A stretch of 62,901 nt of DNA, counting the filler, from Octopus bimaculoides (lineage: Eukaryota): assembly GCF_001194135.2 (NCBI RefSeq). It is 3 parts of 3 records of this genome, joined end to end, with 100 filler letters (N's around TTAATTAATTAA, not from the genome) between each part and the next. Parts side by side here need not be neighbours in the genome. Positions count along the whole stretch, not along the records: positions 23,035 to 44,962 come from NC_069002.1; positions 45,063 to 62,901 come from NC_068987.1; 1 more part is not named here. One strand, given 5' to 3'. Positions 39,388-51,157 of the stretch are shown piece after piece. The translations under genes and the position numbers were made by a program. The notes beneath the pieces are model-generated. The model was not told the origin of the DNA, made no database searches, and saw only the letters and a list, made by a program, of their open reading frames with translations. How positions within the stretch are numbered: position 1 is the first letter of the stretch; every line of letters begins with the position of its first letter.

Positions 39388-39795
39388 TCAATAAAATCCG
39401 CTATGAGCAGCATCTAACCAATCCCTGATGTTTGTCATCAATTAGTTATTACAGCGTTGGAACCTTTACTCCCTGCCATTCCATCTCATTTGTGGGCAAT
39501 TGGCCAATGCTTGTATTTCACGTTACAGTTTTACACCTATTTACAATGTGGTAGCACCGTGGAATATATAGCTTTCACCATACTCCGTTACCAACTTCAG
39601 ACTAATTTTAGAACGGTATCTGTTGTTAATTTACCTTAATAAACCTCTGAAGAAAGTTGATTAGGTATAGGTTTATGGTGAGGTTCAGGTGTATTAATAG
39701 AACCATCGTGGATGATGGAGGCACTGTATTGTGCGGCATAAAAGTTTAAATTTCCAAACAAAAATTTAGAGTTGAAAAACGTAGGTCGACTAATA

Positions 39796-40012
39796 TGAGG
39801 AAGGTGCTGAAAGTTCCTGGCTTTGGGTAAAAGAAAATACAAGGGGATCAATTAATTATGATTTTATTCAACATATTCCCCTCTCAGATTCACACACTTA
39901 TTGCAGCAGTCCTTCAGTTTTTCTGAGCCCTGCAAAAGAACTTGGAAGGTTGGGCTTCCAACCAGATTTTTCACAATACCCTTAAAGCTAGAAACGTTTC
40001 AGTAACCCCTTG
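39796..40012 (-). mobile_element. Mariner-derived MITE (217 bp)
   Basis: TA at 39794-95 and 40013-14. Imperfect TIRs TGAGGAAGGTGCTGAAAGTTCCTGGCTTT and reverse complement CAAGGGGTTACTGAAACGTTTCTAGCTTT. A second copy lies at 61801-62241. Confidence 0.85.
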
Positions 40013-40227
40013 TACACCAAGACAACTTTGGGAGGACCAAAAATTCCATGTGAAATACAGCAGGATTTGGAAAAGATAGCAATGTTTTTCATGTTTACTC
40101 TACATATTTACACTATAGACTATATTGATTTGCATGTCTGAAAATACGATAATCATTATACAGTATATATATATATAAAAAAAATGAGATGACAAAGGAA
40201 TAAACGATTATCTTATGACCTTCATTA

Positions 40228-40306
40228 GCTTACAGCTGTTTCTGCTATGAGATGCAGTAGACTCATGGTTGAGTGCCTGAGTATCACCTTATAGCTTCAT
40301 CAGAGC
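40228..40306 (-). ncRNA. Type-I hammerhead ribozyme motif with intact catalytic core, inside a Penelope-like repeat
   Basis: Minus strand: GCT-CTGATGA (plus 40297-40303), stem II A-GCTAT...ATAGC-A with a long extended hairpin, GAAAC-AGCT-GTA (plus 40231-40242), AGC. Stem I is 3 bp (GCT/AGC). Pair 10.1-11.1 is an A.A mismatch. Confidence 0.7.
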
Positions 40307-40353
40307 ATTGAATATGAAATGCAATTTATTTGGGAGAAGAATTACATTCATGC

Positions 40354-40470
40354 ACTACCACCACCACCTCAATGAGAAGCAGCAGCACCACCACCACCAC
40401 CTCAACGAGAAGCAGCAGCACCACCACCACCACCTCAACGAGAAGCAGCAGCACCACCACCACTGCCACC
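40354..40470 (+). repeat. 33-bp minisatellite, about 3 copies
   Basis: Unit (CAC)5-CTCAA(C/T)GAGAAGCAGCAG repeated three times. Confidence 0.9.
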
Positions 40471-41090
40471 ATGAAAAACACCACACTATTATAACATACC
40501 ACCACCACTCTCACCACTACCACCAGCACCAACAACAACATTAACAACACCATCAGCACCACCACCACCACTGCGACCGCCGTTGTCACCACCACCACCA
40601 CCAACAGCTGCCATCATATTCAGCCATTGCTAAGCAAATAATTCCCTTCAGTCAGGAACTGTGAATTCCTCTGATTTAACCATTAAACGGACCAAATGAT
40701 ATTCTCCTAAAGACAAGAAGAAGGAGAAAAAACAACAACGACCATGATGATGACGATGACGATGATGGCGTCACAGAAACTGTTGTTGTTGTCTGAGATG
40801 ACCTTTCAATGCTCGGATCTTCCATTAGTGGTTTGCCGTAATCAAAGTCATAGATGCACCATGTGCTGCATCACAGATGCAGCAGAAAAGGTCAGTCTTT
40901 GTCCAGCAAACAAGAAAACTGCACTGATTCATTAGTCTCTCTCTCTCTCTCTCTCTTTGTCTCCATCTCCCTTCCTTCCTCTTTCTCTCTCTCTTTCTGT
41001 GTTTCTCTGTTTTTCTTCCTCTCTTTTTCTCTCCAGCTCTCTTCCTTCTTTCCTTCTTCTCTCTCTCTCTCTGTTTCTCTGTTCTTCTTC

Positions 41091-41121
<31 letters not shown>

Positions 41122-42280
41122 CAGCTCTTTCTCTCTCTCTCTCTCTCTCTCTCCGTTTTTCTTCCTCTCCCTCTGTCTCCATCTCCCTTCCTCCCTTCTT
41201 CTCTCTTTTAAAGGATGCTCTCCAAGAGTCTCCAAGAGTGCATTCTGTTAATCTAATGGTAAAACAAAAAAAGGTAAGAAAGCTTAGGTGGNNNNNNNNN
41301 NNNNNNNNNNNNNNNNNNNNNNNNNNNNNNNNNNNNNNNNNNNNNNNNNNNNNNNNNNNNNNNNNNNNNNNNNNNNNNNNNNNNNNNNNNNNNNNNNNNN
41401 NNNNNNNNNNNNNNNNNNNNNNNNNNNNNNNNNNNNNNNNNNNNNNNNNNNNNNNNNNNNNNNNNNNNNNNNNNNNNNNNNNNNNNNNNNNNNNNNNNNN
41501 NNNNNNNNNNNNNNNNNNNNNNNNNNNNNNNNNNNNNNNNNNNNNNNNNNNNNNNNNNNNNNNNNNNNNNNNNNNNNNNNNNNNNNNNNNNNNNNNNNNN
41601 NNNNNNNNNNNNNNNNNNNNNNNNNNNNNNNNNNNNNNNNNNNNNNNNNNNNNNNNNNNNNNNCCCATCCATCCATCCATAAACCCCACTTGAAATCAAC
41701 AAGGAATTGTTGGCCTTTTGAAAAACAAAGCCATTTGTTAAAACAACAACAATTACTGCTACCACTCCCACCACCACCTACACCACCACCGCCATCACTA
41801 CCACCACCGCCACCACCACCATCATGACCACGAGCAGGAAGATTACTGATATTAGCAGCCTTCACAATAGCTAAACCACATTCAAATCACAATTCTGTTT
41901 GCCTTAGGAAAAAAAGGACCATATTGGATAATGTGGTTTTGTGTTACCTTGGGTTGGTCATGACTGGAACGCCTTTGGTCTTAACTCAATCAGAACTGAC
42001 CATATGACTAAACCCCCACCACGTCCTCAACTAGTAACCAACTACCCCCACCCCCTCTGAAATCAAATAAGCACCAGCTGCACACTGGGGTTGATGCAAT
42101 CAATTTAGTCACTCCCCACCACCCACAAACATAATTCTTGTTGCTTTGTTTGTTGTTTGGAGGGGGCAGAGGGGCATATAGAGTCATGGCTGTGCCCCAG
42201 GATGGTCGCAGTCCAATGATTGAAACGAGCAAAGGAAAACAGCTCAGGGTGGATGCGTATGAAGGAAATGCTGTACTTAC

Positions 42281-42376
42281 CCACTGAGGAAGCTGAATCC
42301 ATGAACACAGACGAGGATGTAACCAAAACTGTCAACCTTCAGTAGGTTCCCGTAGAGTGTATCGAACCACAACCCT
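42281..42376 (-). CDS. NT5C2: Next internal coding exon (96 nt) of cytosolic purine 5'-nucleotidase cN-II
   Basis: Minus-strand TTGCAG acceptor and GTAAGT donor. Translates (R)[31 protein letters not shown](G), versus c[36 protein letters not shown]. Its phase joins the previous exon exactly (AG|A = Arg) across a 654-nt intron. Confidence 0.96.
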
Positions 42377-43030
42377 CTGCAACACCATCAAAAAAAGGGT
42401 TTAATGAAACATCAGACATATATTATAAGCATAAAACACACACACAAAGGACCAGATTAAGAGCCATGGAGGGCCTAAACACTTAAAAAAAATTTGGTCT
42501 CCCCATACATATGTAATTTAGAATATAAACGATAAAAAGGGTAAAGACTTCCTTTGGTCATAAATGAGAAAGGGACTGCACTGAGAAGGTTCCCTTCTGA
42601 GGCACAAGTGCATGAGAACTTGCAGTGCAACTGCACCAGAAAAATTAACGAATCTTTTATTTTACAAATTCATAGGTATGCTTGCAATTTCACTAACTAA
42701 CATTAATTATAGCAGTAGAGTAATTAACTAAGTAATTACAATACTTTAAAGACTCTGTACGGGATGTTGAAACCAATTTATATTCAAGTAGTTTTTTGGA
42801 GTTTTTATCTGAATCTAAAGGATTCAACCTGTTTTATATATTTTTATTTTTCTACCCAGGCAGCCCCGGTTCAATTCCCAGCGTGGGAACATTGATTTAT
42901 AGGCAGAGGCATGGCTGTGTGGTAAGACAACAGCCTATGAAACACATGGAAGAAGTGAAAATAGAAACCAAACCAAAAGGTTACAGATATATATAATGAA
43001 AAACAGTGAGAGAGTGTATTGGGAACTTAC

Positions 43031-43148
43031 CTTATTGGGAAGGTGTGGTCATACTCAAAGTCCTCAATAGCATTAGGGTAACCCATGAGAATCATTTTCT
43101 TTTTGATGAGGTCAAATCCAAGGGCCTCGAAATTGGGGGATTTGTAAA
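43031..43148 (-). CDS. NT5C2: Internal coding exon (118 nt) of cytosolic purine 5'-nucleotidase cN-II
   Basis: On the minus strand: polypyrimidine tract + CAG acceptor (plus 43149-43151 'ctg') and GTAAGT donor (plus 'acttac' ending at 43030). Translates (V)YKSPNFEALGFDLIKKKMILMGYPNAIEDFEYDHTFPI(R), matching cN-II [39 protein letters not shown] as I recall it. Confidence 0.95.
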
Positions 43149-44626
43149 CTGTGATAAAGAGAAAAAAAAGGAGAAAAAGGAAAAGGTTTAGTCATTTTAT
43201 TTTATTTTGTTAATATATTTTTGACTGCCTTATTTCACGTCTTTTAAAGTTGATGTATTGGTTGAGAGGACAGCCCCCCCCCCCTACAGATGCCATCAAA
43301 GAATTTTACTTAATTATTTAAATAATAGCCAGAACACCATTAATACCAGCAATTAAGTCTTTAGCCCTAGGTCAGACCAAAGGTTGAGCAGCTCTATGGA
43401 CAAAGACAATCCAGTCAATGACCATACCATCATTTTTGTATTTTTCCATCGGGAATAATGTATCTCGGGTTACACTACCCAACATGTCCTTCTGCATTTC
43501 TTTAGGATGATTGTGTGCAATGAGGAACATTTGGCTGCTATTTCATGCAGACTGAATGAGTACACAGATGCTCCCTAGCAGCAGCAGATGTAGCAGTATA
43601 AGTAGTAGTAGTAGTAGTAGTAATAGTAGTAGTGGTGGCGGTGGTGGTGGTAGTAGCAGCAGTAGAAGTAGTTGTAGTAGTCAAGGTGGTAGTGTTGTGA
43701 TGGTGGTTGTGGTGGTTATAGTAGTATTTGTAAAAGTAGTGGGTGGTGGGGTTGTGAAGGTAGTGGTGGTGGTGCTGCTGCTGCTACTGGTGGCGTTTGT
43801 GGTGGTTATGGTTGTAGTAGTAGTAGTAGTAGTAGTAGTAGTGATGATACAACAAGTAAAAGTAGTAGTAGTAGTAGTAGTAGTAGTAATTGTGGTGGTG
43901 CTAAGTAGAATAGAATAATGTTCTGGAAAGATCTAATCAGTCCATTTTTCTGCAATCTTGGGTCAGGCGAATCATTCGAAGGGGNNNNNNNNNNNNNNNN
44001 NNNNNNNNNNNNNNNNNNNNNNNNNNNNNNNNNNNNNNNNNNNNNNNNNNNNNNNNNNNNNNNNNNNNNNNNNNNNNNNNNNNNNNNNNNNNNNNNNNNN
44101 NNNNNNNNNNNNNNNNNNNNNNNNNNNNNNNNNNNNNNCCCAAGTTCCACCTTCATTATTCCCCACCCTACCTCTCCCTTCTTTGTTCTCCTTGTCCCCT
44201 TACTCTCTCATCGTCCCTTGCCTCTCCTTCCTCTTCCTTGCTCTTTATCTCTCCTTTCCTTTCCTTCCCCTCACTCTCCTCCCTCTTGCTCTCCTTCTCT
44301 TCTCCCACCCTCACTCCCTTTCTCTTGTCCCTTACCAGGGAGTTTTTCTTGTTTTTTTGCCCTCACAGTCTTTCATTTTGGTTTGTATTGTTTCTTCTAA
44401 AAACCAGGGGGGGCAATTTTCATGGATGATCTTCCACACAAAAAAAACACTTAATTGCACACCCAGATTCATATACGTACAATATATAACAGTGTGAGCA
44501 TTATACATACATACAAATATATATATATATATGTGTGTATATGTATGTATACATACACACACAGAGATAATCATAAGTGCATAAATGTATGTGAATTGTA
44601 AATAGATTATGTATGTGAGAGTATGC

Positions 44627-44665
<39 letters not shown>

Positions 44666-44675
44666 NNNNNNNNNN

Positions 44676-44713
<38 letters not shown>

Positions 44714-44809
44714 GGGGAAGAGGTGTATATGTGTGTGTGTGTGTGTATATAATATCTATATTCCATATGGAAGGGTTGTGTGCAAGTATGTACATGTGTG
44801 TGTGTGGGG

Positions 44810-44877
44810 GGGATTTTGAACCTGGGTTCTCATTCCTAAGGTATTTTTCAATGTTATTATTATTATTATTATTATTC

Positions 44878-44908
<31 letters not shown>

Positions 44909-44945
44909 TCACTGCCTGGAATCAAACTCGGAATCTTGGGGTTAT
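44810..44945. mobile_element. Fragment of the repeat family seen at 13960-14150
   Basis: GAACCTGGGTTCTCATTCCTAAGGTATTTTTCAATGTTATTATT. Confidence 0.75.
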
Positions 44946-44962
44946 ATATATATATAATGTAT

Positions 44963-45062
44963 NNNNNNNNNNNNNNNNNNNNNNNNNNNNNNNNNNNNNN
45001 NNNNNNTTAATTAATTAANNNNNNNNNNNNNNNNNNNNNNNNNNNNNNNNNNNNNNNNNNNN
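44963..45062. other. Artificial assembly spacer (N44-TTAATTAATTAA-N44)
   Basis: Same 100-bp structure as 22935-23034. Confidence 0.9.
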
Positions 45063-45407
45063 GTTGATCCGATCAACGGAACAGCCTGCTCGTAAAATTA
45101 ACGTGCAAGTGGCTGAGCACTCCACAGACAGGTGTACCCTTAACGTAGTTCTCGGGGAGATTCAGCGTGACAGTGTGACAAGGCTGACCCTTTGAATTAC
45201 AGGCACAACAGATACAGGAAGTAAGAGTGAGAGAAAGTTGTGGTGGAAGAGTACAGCAGGGTTCGCCACCATCCCCTGCCGGAGCCTCGTGGAGCTTTTT
45301 AGGTGTTTTTGCTCAATAAACACTCACAACGCCCGGTCTGGGAATCGAAACCGCAATCCTATGATCGCGAGTCCGCTGCCCTAACCACTAGGCCATTGCG
45401 CCTCCAC
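45063..45407 (-). mobile_element. tRNA-derived SINE family B, young copy
   Basis: Minus-strand head GTGGAGGCGCAATGGCCTAGTGGTTAGGGCAGCGG...GGTTTCGATTCCC (A and B boxes). Highly similar to 48385-48768. Confidence 0.92.
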
Positions 45408-46254
45408 AATCAATAAATAACCAGGCACTTTTAATATTCCTGACTTATTATAACTCACTCATCAGGTCAGATTTCTTTCATATACACATGCAAAACTTAA
45501 CAGCTTTTTTTTTTCTCTTGTTTATTTTTTTGTTTTGTTTTTCTATTTCTATTTCTCTGTATCTTCTCGTTAGCATTCTTTGAGAAAGAGAGATTGAGAG
45601 AGAGAGTGAGAAAGAAGAAACAAAACATACAAGCAAAAACAAAATTTGAAATTTTTAATTTCCTTATTTGTTACTAAAAACTTAGGTGAATGAAATGAAA
45701 TGCTCTCTGGAGACTTGAATGAAAGTTAACTTCAGCATGTGATTCGATGAAAGGATTTTCACTAGAATTTTGCTGTTGTTGTTGTTGTTCCTGCTACTGC
45801 TGTTGTTATTGCTGCATGTGAATATGTGCATGTGAAGTGCACATATGCTTGTGTGGGTATTTTTGGATTTCATTTTATTTTTCCTTTGTGTGTGTGTGTG
45901 TGTGTTTCTTTTTCTACTTTCCGACTTGTCACTCTCTTGTTAATGTTTATAATTTGCAAGGCTCTCGTTGTTGAGTATCAATCAAGCACACAAATGCTAA
46001 TAAATTGATCTCCCATACCACTAGTGTGTGCTGTTTAGCATAAAACTGGGGTGGGATATAATAAAATATTTAATTGTTTTTCATATTTCTTCCTAACGCT
46101 GTATTCATTTTATTGTTAGGCAGTTTAAATCATTTTAAATCATTCACTGGGAAATAAAAAAAAAAATTTTTTTTTAAATTACTTTTTATGTGAAATTTGA
46201 AATATTCAGCAATACTGTTGAATTCAATGTGTTGTTTCATCTATTCATACATAT

Positions 46255-46743
46255 ATCATCATTATCATCGTTTAATGTTCGCATTTTTGCGCTTGCATGG
46301 GTCAGACAGAATTTGTTGAGATGGATTCTTCTATGGCCGTATGCCCTTCCTGTCACCAATCCCGATCTGTTTCCAAATCAGGTAGCATTTCTCCTTGACC
46401 AGGCATGTACTTGCAGGAGCCTGGAAGCAATGACACTGCTTGCATGATGGTGACATTCGTTTACAGCTATCGTGCAAAGTCAAGGCAAGTAGACAATAGA
46501 ACACACACACACACACATGCGCATGCATACACATACACACGATGCTGGTACTGCGTTAAAAAGCACCCAGTGCATTCAGTAAAGCAGTTGGTGTTAGGAA
46601 GGGCATCCATCCATAGAAACCACGAGAAAACAAACAAGCTCTGTGTAGTCCTTCGGCTCGCCAGCTCCTGTTCTCAACCCATCCAACCCATGTCAGCATG
46701 GAAAATGAACATTAAATAATAATAATGACATTGATGATGATGG
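46255..46743. mobile_element. Inverted (fold-back) pair of family D-type SINE bodies around an (AC)n spacer
   Basis: TGCCCTTCCTGTCACCAA (46342-59) is the inverse of TTGGTGTTAGGAAGGGCA (46588-605). (CAT)n/(GAT)n tails face outward. Confidence 0.8.
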
Positions 46744-47017
46744 TCATCATTATATATACAATGGGCTTCTTTTAGTTTCTACCTATCGCCTCTCAAGGCC
46801 TTTGATCAACTTGGGACTAAAGTAGAAGGTATGATAAATCATTTCTTTTTCTGATTTTTGTATATACTCCTATATGTTGCAAAAAGCGGATGTAATTGAA
46901 GACGAAGCCTTTTATATGTCAGTCTAAGACTTTGCCAGAAACCTTCAATGTTTCTCTTTACCATTCCTCACCAATATACCACCCTTTATTTTTCTATTAA
47001 ACCGATCTTGTCCAATA

Positions 47018-47540
47018 GTGAAGACGCATGGCTCAGTGGTTAGGTCATCAGGCTTACAGTTGTGAGTTTGTGAGTTCGATTCCCAGACTGGGCTGTGTGT
47101 TGTGTTCTTGAGCAAGACACTTTTTTTCATGTTGCTCCTTTTCACTCAGCTGAAGAAATGAGCTGGAATGGTCACTGGCGCCAAGCTTTCTTCCTTTCCC
47201 CTTAGATAACATCAGTGGCATGAAGAGAGGTGACCGGTACATATGGGTGACTGCTGATCTTTCACAAAACAACCTGGCCCAGAATTGTACCTCAGAGGGG
47301 AACTTTCTAGGTGCAATCCCATGGTCATTGATGGCCGAAGGAGCTCTATACCCTTTACCAACTAGTGGCCACAAGTAATGTGACCCATGTTGTACTCCTT
47401 CGCCCCAACTTTCTCTCAGTCTTTCTTCCTGTTTCTTGAGTAACACTGCGATGGACTGGTGTCCCATCCAGCTGGGGGGGGGGGACACATACATCATAGA
47501 AACTGGGCCCATGAGCAGGCTAGACTTTAAAAGGGCGCAT
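47018..47540 (+). mobile_element. SINE family E (47018-47355) followed by a V-SINE-like fragment (47395-47540)
   Basis: Head GTGAAGACGCATGGCTCAGTGGTTAGG...GAGTTCGATTCCC. The second piece contains CTGCGATGGACTGGTGTCCCATCCAG, resembling the V-domain. Confidence 0.8.
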
Positions 47541-47566
47541 AAATAAAAAATATATATAAATATATA

Positions 47567-47625
<59 letters not shown>

Positions 47626-47635
47626 NNNNNNNNNN

Positions 47636-47689
<54 letters not shown>

Positions 47690-48329
47690 ACATATATATA
47701 TATACATATACATATATATATATATATATTTACATACATAAACTCACACACACATATATATATATACATACATACATATACATACATACATATATTTTTT
47801 CCCTCCTTCCCTTGTAATATTGGTTTCACTTCGTAATGAAATGAAAGCAGCAACTTATTTACTTCTCAGCAATATGGTTTACCTGTACAGCATCACTCCA
47901 TACATTGGGTATTTATGTTGCACATGTTTGAATCTGGTTGCTAGGGTATGAACAAATACTTGTTCAAACATCACTAGGGTGAGTTTTTTTTTTTTTTTTT
48001 TTTGGTTTTTCATTTTTTGCCATTGTTGTGAGCAAGATGGTGGAAAATAAGGGTTGGTGCTGCAGTATTGGTAAATAGATTAGTGGTATTGTTTCTAAAA
48101 TGATTTTGAGAAGTTTGTGTGTGAGTGTTTCTGACAACTTACAGTCAGTGTGGTTCTGTTTACACTCTTCAGTCTATCATTAGTGTCCATTATTTGCTGG
48201 ACGTTGGTCAGGTTGTCTCAAATTCATAATTTGTATATGCAGTGTGTGTGTATGTGTGTGGAATCAATGTGACGAAGTGGATATCATCATCATCACCACC
48301 ATCATTTAACATGTGTTTTCCATGTGTTT

Positions 48330-48930
48330 GTCCCCACATCACTGCTTGATAACCAGTGTTGGTGTGTTTATGTCCCTGTAACTTGTTGGCACTTCCTTGC
48401 TTATGACGTTGAGGGTTCCAGTTGATCCGATCAGCAGAACAGCCTGCTCGTGAAATTAACGTGCAAGTGGCTGAGCACTCCACAGACACGTGTACCCTTA
48501 ATGTAGTTCTCGGGGATATTCAGCGTGACACAGTGTGATAAGGCTGAACCTTTGAAATACAGGCACAACAGAAACAGAAAGTAAGAGTGAGAGAAAGTTG
48601 TGGTGAAAGTGTACAGCAGGGTTCACCACCATCCCCTGCCGGAGCCTCGTGGAGCTTTTAGGTGTTTTCGCTCAATAAACACTCACAATGCCCGGTCAGG
48701 GACTCGAAACCGCGATCCTATGACCGCAAGTCCGCTGCCCTCACCACTGGGCCATTGCGTCTCCACTTCCTGTAACTTAGCGGTTCAGTAAAAAGAGCTG
48801 AGAGAGAACAAGTACCAGGCTTAGCAAAAAACTAAGTGCTGGGGGTGGATTCATTCGGCTAAAAATTCTTTAAGGCACTGCCCCAGCATGGCCACAGTCT
48901 AATGGCTGAAGCAAGTTAAATGTAAAAGAT
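48330..48930 (+). mobile_element. Host SINE family A body, interrupted by the family B insertion
   Basis: GTGTTTGTCCCCACATCACTGCTTGATAACCAGTG...[insertion]...GCCCCAGCATGGCCACAGTC. Confidence 0.85.
48385..48768 (-). mobile_element. Full-length SINE family B with 10-bp TSD, inserted into a family A SINE
   Basis: CCTGTAACTT at 48375-84 and 48769-78 flanks it. The family A body resumes (AGCGGTTCAG...) after the second TSD. Confidence 0.93.
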
Positions 48931-49129
48931 AAGATTGTAGTCTGTAGCTATTGCTTGCTACCCACTCTTTACAAAACGAAAGAAAATATAAAAAAAAAAA
49001 AAACAAATACAGAACAGCATAAGTGAAATGGTCTAGCTTGGTATGCAGGAAGGGAGTAAACTTGAAAACCCAAGCTGTAGTCAGTACAAATAGTGGGGCA
49101 TGAAAAAAAGAAACAAAAAAAAAAGGGGG

Positions 49130-49490
49130 GGTGCAATGGGGATTTCTGGCAAACTGACAAGGAAGCAGAATTTCTGGCATACCAAATGCAATGGTGTAGA
49201 TAACAGCATGAAGAGCAACTTATGGAATGAAAACACATGTGCTGGTTTTGTTGGCAACACAAGGATTCTTTCGACAGAATTGAAGACAATGTTATAAGAA
49301 TACAGGTAAGAAGTTTGTGTTGTTTGGTTGTGAAGCATTCGTGAAGAATGCGGAGGATCTACAGCAGAGAAAAGGAATTAGAATTATTTCAGTGCTCTAG
49401 ATGTACCGTTTGACTTTACAAAGGGAGCATGTGAATTGTACAACCCATTTTGAGGATCTGGTATATGCAATCAAGGGAGTAATGGATTAG
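49130..49490 (+). mobile_element. Decayed RTE-like LINE fragment (post-RT region)
   Basis: LLATQGFFRQN*RQCYKNTGKKFVLFGCEAFVKNAEDL resembles the RTE pattern LL.TKG.S...KGRLY.ACVR..MLHGSETW...AED. Confidence 0.45.
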
Positions 49491-49504
49491 AATAGGCATT
49501 CTTA

Positions 49505-49920
49505 ATTCTTTTTCTTCTATTCTTCTACTTGTTTCGGTAATTTTATTGCGGCTATGCTAGGGCATGGCCTTGAAGGATTTTAGTCGAACAAATCGATCCC
49601 AGGACTTAATTTTTAAGCCTAATATTTATTGTCGGTTTCCTTTTGCTGAACTTCTAAGTTATGGGGACGTCAAGTGGTGATGGGTGAACAAACACAGACA
49701 CAAAGACACACACACACACATGTCTGTCTGTATGTACATATATATCCATACGTACATACATACAGACAACAGGTTTCTTTCAGTTTCTGTCTACCAAATC
49801 CATTCACAAAGCTTTGGTCGGCCTGAGGCTATAGTAGAAAACACTTGCTCAAGGTACCACGCAATGAGACTGAACCCAGAGCGAAGTCATTGGGAAGCAA
49901 GCTTCTTACCACACATCCTA
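49505..49920 (-). mobile_element. SINE family A
   Basis: TTCTACTTGTTTCGG ... CAGTTTCTGTCTACCAAATCCATTCACAAAGCTTTGGTCGG ... GCAAGCTTCTTACCACAC. Confidence 0.88.
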
Positions 49921-50163
49921 TTGATGAATCAGTTACTACAGCATTTTTGCTCTTCTGGAACACATTGTGTTAAAAACAATGAATATAAGAGGGAGACACA
50001 AATTCATCACAATGCATCCATAAAAGATGTTGTCTTGTAGCAAATGCCACAGTAACTAGACTATTGGCAGTGTATACATTGAGTATGTTACATAGGTGGC
50101 TATTTTGTGAATCCATTCTTGAATGGTAATGATTTTTACCAGGTTTTCTAAATTGAGCGTGAC

Positions 50164-50213
<50 letters not shown>

Positions 50214-50884
50214 AGTAATGGAAAATGGTGAACCCCAGTAGCCCATTTGGATCATATAGAGCACTATTGCAGTCTTCAGTTTCAATCAGTGTATCTGAGA
50301 TATTGTCAAGTTGTTACAGGTAATTTTTCTACAGGGGTAAAATTATAATTTAGTCTATAACTGCAGATGGTTTAAACTGGAGAAAATTATAAAGTACTGA
50401 AATTTTCTCTCTTCTTGATTATTTCGTTATTAGTTTTTACAAGACATGAAGGTGTTATAATAATAAGGAAAAGAGAATTTGTGACATTTACACCTTTCAG
50501 CAGATTCAGGTGAGAATGGAAACTGTTCCACCTTTTTCTTTTTACGGAAAGTCTTATCTTTAACACAATTACGTTTGTTCCTTAAATGTAATAATACTCA
50601 TTATAAATATATAGTACTATTTGTAGGCGCTAGTTTCTTCAGATTTTACTAATTGACTAAATAAATACTAGATCAGATATCTTTAAAATTTTGTCTTTTA
50701 AAGTTCTTATTAGCACACCTATTTTCATTGCGGCAGAAGTAAATTTAACTTCAGCCGGGCTGGCAGTCTCATGTAGAAGAGAAAGAGATTCCTTTGTTGG
50801 TTTCTAATTGTTCTGCAAAAGAACGAGCTCGTTTATATTACATGAATGGGTTCCCATGGGGGCTGAGAGTGAGGTATCCGTTCG

Positions 50885-51157
50885 TTTACTTGCTTCAGTC
50901 ATTGGACTGCAGCCATGCTGGGACACTGCCTTGAAGGGTTTTAGTCTAACAAATCGTTAACCCCAGTACTTATGAGTTCGTGTGTTGAAACATATTCTGT
51001 TGTGTCTAAGGAGAGTCATTCTCTTTTGGTGCCTTATAATTTAACACACTCACCGGTAAAATTTCCACTTATTTCTTATTTGTCTTGTTTTTTGTCCGCC
51101 ACTATATTCCTCCATGGCTAGATTTAATTTGCGTATACAAATTTAATCTGCGATCCA
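50885..51157 (-). mobile_element. SINE family A 3' end plus unclassified repeat ending in a hairpin
   Basis: TTTACTTGCTTCAGTCATTGGACTGCAGCCATGCTGG. At 51120-51150, AGATTTAATTTG-CGTATA-CAAATTTAATCT forms a near-perfect hairpin. Confidence 0.6.

Noticed and set aside
40354-40470. CRISPR-like regular repeat
   Set aside because: Contiguous tandem units without unique spacers, in eukaryotic DNA.
42448-42500. Possible hAT-type terminus (also 60127-60170)
   Set aside because: Only one end is visible; no matching TIR or 8-bp TSD found.
45330-45407. tRNA-like sequences (also 47018, 48690, 60030, 62480)
   Set aside because: These are SINE heads that continue into multi-copy SINE bodies, not tRNA genes.
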